Source of the DNA: an uncultured candidatus Brocadiaceae bacterium
GTDB lineage: Bacteria; Planctomycetota; UBA1135; UBA2386
Assembly: GCA_964538915.1 (NCBI GenBank)
Contig: CAZIFB010000018.1
Location: 3,450-67,449 of the forward strand
Direction: 5' to 3'
Length of the DNA: 64,000 nucleotides
Each line of letters starts with the position of its first letter. The first letter of the stretch is position 1. A program made the translations under genes and the position numbers. The notes beneath the pieces are model-generated. The model was not told where the DNA came from. It did no database searches and saw nothing but the letters and a program-made list of their open reading frames with translations. Below, piece by piece: positions 27,561 to 35,179 of this stretch.

Positions 27561-27662
27561 TGCAACCGCGGTAGCAGGCGTCCGCTCCGAAGCCGGAGGG
27601 GCAAGGCCGCCTGAGTGGCGACAACCGGACGTCGGTTCGCCGCGGTCGTCGCGGCGGTGCGA

Positions 27663-28385
27663 TCACCGCACGCCGAACTCGTCCTGCAGGATCTTGCGCA
27701 GTTCGAGGAAGTCGCGGATCTCCCAGGTCGCTTTCGTTTCGCCTTCTTCCGACGCATGGCGTCCGCTGCGGCGGATGCGCGCCGTCATCCAGCCCTCCCG
27801 GTTGCAGGGATCGATGTCGTGCGTCGGATTGTCGCCGAAGTAGAGGCAGCGCTGCGGTGTGAGCTTCATCCGCTGCAGCACGCGGCGGTACAGTTTCGGG
27901 TTCGGCTTGCTGAAGCCGACCTGGTCCGTGAAGAAGATCGCGGACGGCGTCAGGAACTCGAGCACTTCGAGGCGCACCAGCTTCTCCGCCTGCTTGATCG
28001 TGATCCCCGCCGACACCACGCCGCGCACGAGTGGCGTCTTCGCGAGCCAGCGCAGGACCTCGTAGACGTCGTCGTAGACCTTCAGCTCGCGCCACTTCGT
28101 CGCGTGGTAGGCGACGACGCCCGCGGCGACGATCACGGCCCGGTTGTGCCCTTCGGCGCTCTCCGGGCCGAGGCGGTCGAGCACCTTGTCGAAGTGCCCG
28201 CCGTAGTTGCTCGAGAACTCGGAGATCACTTCTTCGAGTTCGCGCATGGCGTCGCCGCGGTCGGCGCGCAGGCCCGCCTGGACCATGGCGTCGACGGCGG
28301 CCCGACGCGCCTTGTCGGCGAACACCGACGTCGAGAACATCGTGTCGTCGATGTCGAAGAAGATCGCGTCGAGGGCCTTCGTCAC
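27663..28385 (-). CDS. HAD-superfamily hydrolase
   Basis: Last 240 codons of ORF 27663..28964, starting at GTG (VTKALDAIFFDIDDTMF). Motif I DIDDT, motif III K (FSKPNP), motif IV FGDNPTHD. Confidence 0.75.
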   Translation of the reverse strand: MTKALDAIFFDIDDTMFSTSVFADKARRAAVDAMVQAGLRADRGDAMRELEEVISEFSSNYGGHFDKVLDRLGPESAEGHNRAVIVAAGVVAYHATKWRELKVYDDVYEVLRWLAKTPLVRGVVSAGITIKQAEKLVRLEVLEFLTPSAIFFTDQVGFSKPNPKLYRRVLQRMKLTPQRCLYFGDNPTHDIDPCNREGWMTARIRRSGRHASEEGETKATWEIRDFLELRKILQDEFGVR

Positions 28386-28894
28386 GGCGCCAGTTGTCCG
28401 CCATCGGCGCCGGGCCCGCAAGCGCCCGCCGACGGGCGGCGGAGGAGCGCCCACGCGACAGCGGCGCCGGCGATGTTGAGTGCCGCGTCCCGCAGGGAGT
28501 CGAACGTGTCGCGCGGGCCGGCTGGCCACAGCCACTGGCCGAGTTCGTGCAGCAGCGTGACCAGGAGGGGGATGCCGCACCCGAGGCACAGCAGGAGGCG
28601 GCGCCGCGCTTCGTTCGTCGCGTGGTGCAACCCGAGCAACCAGGTCGTGCAGATCGCCGTGCACAGAACCGCCAGGAAGTGCAGCGCCCAGTCGCGCAGG
28701 AGTGGATGAAGGGTGCCCAGCACCTCGGCGTGGATCAGCAGGATCAGCGCGCCGCCCGCGAGCATCACCACGAACCAGAGGAGCGGAGGGCGCGGGGGCA
28801 TCTGGCGCCGCCGGTGGCGCGCGGGGACCGCGAATGGCGAGGGACCGCCGGGGCTCCGGCCCTCCGAGTCCGTCGAGTCGTCGTCTCTGGGCAT
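28382..28894 (-). CDS. Small integral membrane protein, VanZ-like (tentative)
   Basis: 170-aa ORF with 3-4 hydrophobic segments. LLHELGQWLWPAGPRDTFDSLRDAALNIAGAAV resembles the VanZ-family motif (E..Q...PgR....D...N..G). Its stop abuts the HAD gene start. Confidence 0.5.
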   Translation of the reverse strand: MPRDDDSTDSEGRSPGGPSPFAVPARHRRRQMPPRPPLLWFVVMLAGGALILLIHAEVLGTLHPLLRDWALHFLAVLCTAICTTWLLGLHHATNEARRRLLLCLGCGIPLLVTLLHELGQWLWPAGPRDTFDSLRDAALNIAGAAVAWALLRRPSAGACGPGADGGQLAP

Positions 28895-28994
28895 CGACGG
28901 CGGGCGCGGCCAGCGATCGCGCGGGGTGGGGGGGCATGTGTCGCCCCGCCGGGCGCGGCCTCATCGCGGCCGCGCGGGTTTCCTTCTCAGGCCC

Positions 28995-31553
28995 TCAGTC
29001 TTCGCGCACGTCGGTGATGCGTGCGTTCACCATCACCATCAGGCTGCGGTTCTCGTCCGCAGTGCCCTCCTGCTTGAAGAGGAAGGAGATGAGGGGCAGC
29101 CGAGCCAGGATCGGCACTTCGGCGCGGCGTTCCTTCGTCAGCACCTGACGCAGGCCGCCCAGCAGCACGGTGCCGCCGTCCGGCACCTTCGCCGTGGTCG
29201 AGAAGTTCGTCACGGTGATGTTCGGCAGCTGCAGCGTGACTGGCAGGGTCGAACCGGCGAGCGACGTCGTGAACGTCGGGATCGGGCGCTGGAGCTCGGA
29301 CACCGTCGGGTTGAGGTTCAGGACGATGTAGCGGCGGTCGTGTTGGATGACCGGCTGCACGTCTAGAACGATGCCGTCCTGGATCACGTCGATCTTCGGG
29401 TCGGCGATGAAGGCCGCCTGCGCGACCTCGACGTCGAAGTCTCGGACGTACGCGGTCTGGTTGATCACTGCGACGTGGCCGCGCTCGCGGTTCAGCACCG
29501 ACAGGATCTGGCTGTTCATGACCTCCGCGTCCTGCTTCTTCTCCACCGCGCGCAGGATCATGTTCAGCTGCGTGTCGTCGAGGAGCGTGATGCCTGCGGT
29601 CAGGCCGCCGGACGGGGTGAGCACGCGGCCGAGGTCGCTCGTGAAGAAGTTCTCGGAGCGGGCGCGGATGTCGCCGTCGCCGCCGTCGTTGAAGAACGCG
29701 CCGGCGAGAGGGTTGGCCGCAGGGTCGCTCGTGCCGCCGTTGTCGAGGCCGCGCGACGCGTTGTCGTCGAGGCCGTTGCTGAGGTCTTCGAGGGTCGCGA
29801 CGTCGCCCTTGTTGCCGGAGCCGCCGAGGCCGCGGAAGTCGACACCGAGTTCCATCAGGAAGTTGCGCGAGATGGTGAGGAACTTCGAGTCGATCGTCAC
29901 GATCGGCGTCTGGAAGTTCCGCATGTCGGCGAGGCGACGGCGGACCAGCGCCTGCATGTCCGGGCTGGCGCGAACCGACAGGAACCCCTGGTCCTCGGCC
30001 TGGATGCCGACGCCCTCGGTCTCCCAGTACTTCGGGTCGGTGGCGTTCTTGATGTTCTCGACGAGGTCGGCGAGCTCGACGCCTGCCTTCTTCTCGTCAC
30101 CTTCGCTGCCCGTGCGCGGCGTGTCCTCGCCGTCTTCGCCGGGAATGCCCGCGATGCGCGGCGGCAGGAAGTCGGTGCGCTTGAAGATCAGGTCTTTGAC
30201 CGAGTAGATCTCGTGCTGGATCGTGCCGGCGGCCTGCGACTTGTTGCCGATCACGACGACGCCGTTCTTCACGGTCCAGGCGAGGTTCTGGCTCCGCTCG
30301 ACCATGTGCTTCAGGAAGTTCTCGAGCGTGATCGAACCGGCGAGCTCGATGACGACCTTGAGGCTCTCCCCGCTGATGATCGTGCGCGCCTCCGGCGTCG
30401 TGATGATCTGCACGCCGGTGATCAGGTTGAGGTTCTTGACGACTTCGAGGAAGTCGCCCGTCTCTTCGGTGTAGGAGAGCTTGCCGACCGGTTCGGTCCG
30501 CACCTTGTCCCACACGGCCTGGTCCTGCGGGTCCATCACGCTGCTGCCGTTCGCGGCGAGCGAACGACCCTGGGCACGCTGCCACACCGCCATGTCCATC
30601 TCGAGGACGTTGGTCTGCGGCACCTTCAGTTCGTCGGCTGCCTCGACCATCGCGCGCAGCGCCTTGCTGCGCTCCGCGATCCACGTCTCGTTCTGCTTCT
30701 CGCGCGCGGCCTTGACCGAGGCGTTGTGCATGTCGACCGCGACCTGGTTGCCCGGATCGACCTGCATCGCACGCGCCGACAGCTCCTGCGCGCGTGAGAA
30801 CTGGCGGCGTTCGAACGCGATCTGGGACTCCTGCAGCAGCCCGGCGACCTGGGCGCGGCGGCGAGCCTCCTTCTCGGCGTAGTCGGCGCGGATGCGCTCG
30901 GCGAGTTCCGCATCCTTCTGCGCCTGGCTCTGCCGCTGCTGATCGTCCAGCATCTTCTCGGCGTCTGCCTTCGCCGTCGCCACGCGCCCGGGCAGGTCGG
31001 CCCAGTCGGTGTTGTCGCGCACGCGGATCAGCAGGTCGGCCTGCCGCAGCTCCTCGATCGCACCGGCGTAGTTCTTGTCCGCGACCTGCTTCTCGGCCTT
31101 CTGGAGGCGCGCCTGCACGTCGGCGCGAGCGCGCTCTTCGCCGATGTGTTGCAGCTGACGCTGTTCGTCGGTGAACGTCACGACGCGGCCGGCGGGTTCG
31201 CCGAGTTCCGCCTGCACCGAAGCGAGCAGGCTCCGCACCTGTTCGTTCGTCGGCGAGAGGTCCTTCGCGCGGATCAGTTCGCTGCGCGCTGCTTCGAGCT
31301 GGCCCTTGCTGCGCAGGCCTTCCGCGTTCTCGATGTACTTCGCCACGAGTGCGTCGCGCCGCTGGTCGCGAACACGGTCCTGCGGGGACTGCGAGGTCGG
31401 GTCCTGCGTGCGTTCCGCCGGGTTGGTCCGCGGCGTCGCGACCGGCGGCGTTGCCGCGGTGTCGTTCGACGCTTCGTGCGGGGTCGAGCAGGCGGCGCCG
31501 AGAACTGCGGCGGTCAGGGATGCGGCGAGAAGGGGCCTTTGTTCGAGAGCCAT
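28995..31553 (-). CDS. Secretin-family outer-membrane channel lipoprotein (secretin B) with long helical N-terminal region
   Basis: 852-aa ORF. Lipobox LTAAVLGAAC|S, ~330 aa of charged helical/coiled-coil sequence, an N-domain-like region, and a canonical C-terminal secretin domain (...KVPDGGTVLLGGL...EVPILARLPLISFLFK...). Paralog of 38326..41016. Confidence 0.85.
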   Translation of the reverse strand: MALEQRPLLAASLTAAVLGAACSTPHEASNDTAATPPVATPRTNPAERTQDPTSQSPQDRVRDQRRDALVAKYIENAEGLRSKGQLEAARSELIRAKDLSPTNEQVRSLLASVQAELGEPAGRVVTFTDEQRQLQHIGEERARADVQARLQKAEKQVADKNYAGAIEELRQADLLIRVRDNTDWADLPGRVATAKADAEKMLDDQQRQSQAQKDAELAERIRADYAEKEARRRAQVAGLLQESQIAFERRQFSRAQELSARAMQVDPGNQVAVDMHNASVKAAREKQNETWIAERSKALRAMVEAADELKVPQTNVLEMDMAVWQRAQGRSLAANGSSVMDPQDQAVWDKVRTEPVGKLSYTEETGDFLEVVKNLNLITGVQIITTPEARTIISGESLKVVIELAGSITLENFLKHMVERSQNLAWTVKNGVVVIGNKSQAAGTIQHEIYSVKDLIFKRTDFLPPRIAGIPGEDGEDTPRTGSEGDEKKAGVELADLVENIKNATDPKYWETEGVGIQAEDQGFLSVRASPDMQALVRRRLADMRNFQTPIVTIDSKFLTISRNFLMELGVDFRGLGGSGNKGDVATLEDLSNGLDDNASRGLDNGGTSDPAANPLAGAFFNDGGDGDIRARSENFFTSDLGRVLTPSGGLTAGITLLDDTQLNMILRAVEKKQDAEVMNSQILSVLNRERGHVAVINQTAYVRDFDVEVAQAAFIADPKIDVIQDGIVLDVQPVIQHDRRYIVLNLNPTVSELQRPIPTFTTSLAGSTLPVTLQLPNITVTNFSTTAKVPDGGTVLLGGLRQVLTKERRAEVPILARLPLISFLFKQEGTADENRSLMVMVNARITDVRED

Positions 31554-31844
31554 CGGGTCACGCTCGGTGCGTTACGAGAGTTCTTTGGGAGCAACGGGAG
31601 AGCGATGCTCGCCTCGTGACTCGACAAGCGATTGGCGGACGACTCGACGGTGGCAGACCGTCGCCGATTCGGGGGACGCTCGGAATCGGAACCAATCGAG
31701 AGGGACTTGCCGAAGCACGAGAGCAGTCACCGTCGGCGACAGGGCGTGGCGCCGGCGGCAAGGGCCGGAACGTAGCCACGTTGGCGAGGATGCGCCAGCG
31801 GTTTCTTGCCACCGGGGGCCCCGGAATGCGGGCCCGGAAGCGAG

Positions 31845-31881
31845 CCGGCCCGCCCGGGTCGCGAGGACCGGGGCGGGCCGG
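31845..31881 (-). terminator. Strong GC hairpin ~30 nt downstream of the second ExbD gene
   Basis: ccggcccgcccgg-(10-nt loop)-ccggggcgggccgg gives 13 bp with one bulged G. It lies in the 357-nt gap between 31911 (ExbD stop) and 31553 (secretin B start). Confidence 0.4.
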
Positions 31882-31910
31882 ACACGGGCCGCGTCGCTGC
31901 GGCGAATCGG

Positions 31911-32456
31911 CTACTTGGCGCCGAGGCCGCCGCCGAAGTTGATCTCCTGGAAGCCCGCGTTCTTGCAGGCGTCCGCGGTCTTCGCGACGTCCTCGTAGTA
32001 GGTGCCGGGGTAGGCCTCGATCACGCACCCCATGAGCTTGCGGCCGCCGGTCTCCTTGTCGGGGACCATGCTCGCCGGGTTTTGCGCGATGCGCTTCAGC
32101 TCGGCTTCGACGTCGGTCAGGTTGTAGAGCGGCTTCGGGCCGACTTCCCACTTGACCTTGTGGCCGATCAGCGAGAAGCGGTAGGCCCGACCCGTGTTCG
32201 GGTTGACCTGGTTCGCCCCACCGTGCTTGTACTCGGGCGTGCCGGCCTGCTCGACGTGGATCTTCACCGACAGTTGCTCCTGCGGTTCCACGACGTCGGT
32301 CTGGCTGCCCTTGTCCTTCGGCAGGTAGGCGGGGAGCTTCGACTCCAGCACTTTGAAGTCGATGCAGATGAAGAAGATGATCATCAAGAACACGACGTCG
32401 ATCATCGGCGTCATGTCCGGCTTCACTTCTTCCTGGGCGTCGTCGAGAGCGCTCAT
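31911..32456 (-). CDS. ExbD/TolR-family protein (paralog 2, 181 aa)
   Basis: N-terminal TM motif DMTPMIDVVFLMIIFF with the conserved TM Asp. Longer periplasmic part than classical ExbD. The start overlaps the stop of the upstream ExbD gene by 4 nt. Confidence 0.85.
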   Translation of the reverse strand: MSALDDAQEEVKPDMTPMIDVVFLMIIFFICIDFKVLESKLPAYLPKDKGSQTDVVEPQEQLSVKIHVEQAGTPEYKHGGANQVNPNTGRAYRFSLIGHKVKWEVGPKPLYNLTDVEAELKRIAQNPASMVPDKETGGRKLMGCVIEAYPGTYYEDVAKTADACKNAGFQEINFGGGLGAK

Positions 32457-32995
32457 TTCTTGGCTCCCTTGTCAGGGTTCTTCTCGCCCGTCTCCTTGTC
32501 CTGTTCGGAGAGCGCCAGCTCGACCTTCCAGAACGCGATCTCGGGCTGACTGCACTGCTTCATGATCTCGCCGATGTAGTGCCACTCGGTCCACTTGTCG
32601 GCTCGGATCAGGATCGGCTCGTCGACGAGCGGGACCATCCTCGAGCCGACCTTCTCGTCCTTCAGGTGGAGCGTCTTGTTGAAGAGCCCGAGCTTCCGGA
32701 TGTCGAGAAGGAGCTGTTTGATCGGCGCGTAGTTCTTGCCGTGCTTCTTGGGGTCGTAGAAGACTTCCTTGTTGTAGACCACCGTTCCGTCCTGCAGCAC
32801 GTTGATGATCGGCCGGTTCTCGGCCGGCTTGTCGTCGGCCTCCTGGAACACGGCGCGCGGCAGGATCAGGTCCTCGAGGTTCTTCTGGCTCAGGTCGATG
32901 ACCAGCACGAAGAAGATCATCAGCAGGAACACGCAGTCGATCATGGGCGTCATGTCCATCTCGACGTTCTGCTGCACGAGCTTGTTCACGTCCAT
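32453..32995 (-). CDS. ExbD/TolR-family protein (paralog 1, 180 aa)
   Basis: DMTPMIDCVFLLMIFFVLV TM motif and a periplasmic domain (PIINVLQDGTVVYN...ILIRADK). Confidence 0.85.
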   Translation of the reverse strand: MDVNKLVQQNVEMDMTPMIDCVFLLMIFFVLVIDLSQKNLEDLILPRAVFQEADDKPAENRPIINVLQDGTVVYNKEVFYDPKKHGKNYAPIKQLLLDIRKLGLFNKTLHLKDEKVGSRMVPLVDEPILIRADKWTEWHYIGEIMKQCSQPEIAFWKVELALSEQDKETGEKNPDKGAKK

Positions 32996-33063
32996 GGGGT
33001 TCGTTTCTCCGGCTGTGGGCCGCCGCGAACGGCGGCTCCGAGGTCACGGGGAAGGGGCACCGC

Positions 33064-33783
33064 TCACTTGCCGCGGAAGCGCTCGAACAGGTCTTCGGAG
33101 ATCGCGTTGATCTCGGTCGACGCCTTGATGACGCGGTTGCGCAGCGTGTAGAAGGCGACGCCCACGGGGATCGCGACCGTGAGGCCGAAGATCGTCGTGA
33201 TGAGCGCCATCTTGATGCCGCCCGCGAGCTGCGCCGGGCTGACCGAACCGCCGGCTGCCGCGATGGCGCTGAACGTGACGAACATGCCCGTCACCGTGCC
33301 GAACAGACCCATCATCGGCGCGAGCGCCGAGATCAGCGACAGCCAGCCGATCTTCTGGAACAGCTTGACGGACTCCTCGGTCTGCATCTCGCGCAGCGAC
33401 GTCTGCATCGTCTCGAACGAGTGGCCGAGCTTGGACAGACCGGCGCCGACGACGTTCGTCAGGTAGGTCTTCTCCTGTTCGCACAGCTCGACGGCCTCCT
33501 GGAAGTTCTCGCCGTCGAACAACGCCTCGAGCTCGTCGAGAACGTCCGGCGGCGCGAGCTTCTCGCGCTTGATCGACATGAAGTTCTCGATGATCAGCGC
33601 GAGTGCCACGACCGACATCGCGATGATGAGGTAGCCGACGATGCCGGCGTTCTTGTACGCGAAGACCTCGGAGATGGTGCTCGTGCTCTCAGCGGCCGGG
33701 TCCTGCGCGAGCAGGGTCGAAGCCAGCAGCAAAGGCGCGGCGACGGCGAGAATCCGGGAAACAGACGCGTTCTTGAGGTTCAT
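33064..33783 (-). CDS. MotA/TolQ/ExbB-family proton channel protein
   Basis: Last 239 codons of ORF 33064..34296 (MNLKNASVSRILAVAAPLLLASTLLAQ signal-like N-terminus). Three TM segments with family motifs (LISALAPMMGLFGTVTGM, IKMALITTIFGLTVAIP). Confidence 0.85.
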   Translation of the reverse strand: MNLKNASVSRILAVAAPLLLASTLLAQDPAAESTSTISEVFAYKNAGIVGYLIIAMSVVALALIIENFMSIKREKLAPPDVLDELEALFDGENFQEAVELCEQEKTYLTNVVGAGLSKLGHSFETMQTSLREMQTEESVKLFQKIGWLSLISALAPMMGLFGTVTGMFVTFSAIAAAGGSVSPAQLAGGIKMALITTIFGLTVAIPVGVAFYTLRNRVIKASTEINAISEDLFERFRGK

Positions 33784-33928
33784 GGAGCGGGGACTCCTGG
33801 GACTGAGTCTCGTACGGAAGGGGAGAGGGGCGGATCGGAAAGGGGGCGGGAAGTCTGCTCGACCGGCCACGGGTGCGAAAGGGCCGATCGGCAGAAACTG
33901 ACGGGGGTTGCGGTGGCGTGCGCTCGGC

Positions 33929-35056
33929 TCACTTCGCCATCTCCAGGCGCGCTTCGGTGGCCCAGGGCGACGAGGGGTAGCTCGTGACGACGATCTGGAA
34001 GTAGGCCGTTGCGCGCTCCTTCCACGTTTCGCCTTCGCCTTCGGCGCCCAGCGCCGTGAGGCAGCGGCCGAGGAAGTAGTTCGCCTTGGCACTGGCCTCG
34101 CCGCTCGCGATGTCCATGACCGAGGCCTTGGCGAAACAGAGCTGCGCACGACGGATGTCGTTCGGCGAACCGTTCGGGCCGGCGGCCATGAAGATGGCCT
34201 GGCCCTCTCCCGCGTGGCCGGCGGCGACGAGGGATGGCTCGTTGCCGGTCGTGAGGCCGCGGAAGAAGCTCTCGGCCTTCGCGAACTCCTTCTCACCGAG
34301 GAAGGTCTCGCCCTCGCCGACGCGGGCCTGCGTCTTCAGGGCCTTCAACTCACCGTCGTCCGGCGACGGCGTGGTGAGGGCAGAGTCGACGGCCGAACTC
34401 GCGGCTTGGAACGCGCTGCGCGCTTCCGAAGTCTTGCCGTCCGCGAGCAGTGTGAGCGCGAGTTCGGACTTCGCGCGGGCGCTCCAGATCGCGCCGAACC
34501 CTTCGCGCAGTGCGCGGTCGTCGAGCTCGCGCAGCGTCGTCGCCGCGGCGCCGCCGGTGCCGGCGAGTCGCTCGGCACGTCCCGCGAGGAACAGCGCTTC
34601 CGGCGTGCGCCAGTGGTTCGCATTCGCGGCGATCCACGATTTCGCCCGCGCCGCCGCCGTAGCGGCCGCGCCCTTGTCGGCGCCGATCGCGGCGACGGCC
34701 GACTTGATCAGGAAGAACTCGGCGTCGGCCTTCACGAGCGGCCGCTCGGTCTGGTTGATCGCGTCGCCGAACATTTGGGTTGCGGCGCGGAAGTCGCCTC
34801 GCTCCATCGAAGCACGGCCGCTGATGAAGGCGTCGGGCAGGTTGCTCCACTCGATTGCCGCGACGAGGTGAGCCGGCACCTCGAACGGGTCGGCGCCGCG
34901 CTTGCCGCGAACGCCGGTGAGCAGGAACTCGGTGATCTCGAGGCCGCGCACGCGCGACCCGTCCTTCTTCAGGATCGCGTCGTTGATCTTCGGGGCCTGG
35001 GCGATGGCGGAAGCAGCGACCGTCGCCGCTGCGAGCAGGAAGGGGAGGATGCGCAT
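33929..35056 (-). CDS. Secreted/periplasmic all-helical TPR-like protein (375 aa)
   Basis: From residue 31 of ORF 33929..35146 (MRILPFLLAAATVAASAIAQA signal peptide). Ala-rich helical repeats (e.g. GDFRAATQMFGDAI, KEFAKAESFFRGL, ANYFLGRCLTALG). Confidence 0.75.
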   Translation of the reverse strand: MRILPFLLAAATVAASAIAQAPKINDAILKKDGSRVRGLEITEFLLTGVRGKRGADPFEVPAHLVAAIEWSNLPDAFISGRASMERGDFRAATQMFGDAINQTERPLVKADAEFFLIKSAVAAIGADKGAAATAAARAKSWIAANANHWRTPEALFLAGRAERLAGTGGAAATTLRELDDRALREGFGAIWSARAKSELALTLLADGKTSEARSAFQAASSAVDSALTTPSPDDGELKALKTQARVGEGETFLGEKEFAKAESFFRGLTTGNEPSLVAAGHAGEGQAIFMAAGPNGSPNDIRRAQLCFAKASVMDIASGEASAKANYFLGRCLTALGAEGEGETWKERATAYFQIVVTSYPSSPWATEARLEMAK

Positions 35057-35179
35057 CGTGGTCGGTTCGTCTCGGGCGCTCAGAGCGTGAGAAGCAATCG
35101 GTTTCGAACGCTCTGCGTGGCCGCGAAGACGGCCACAGGGGAGCAACTGAGAGCCTGAATCATGAACTGTCTCGGGCTC

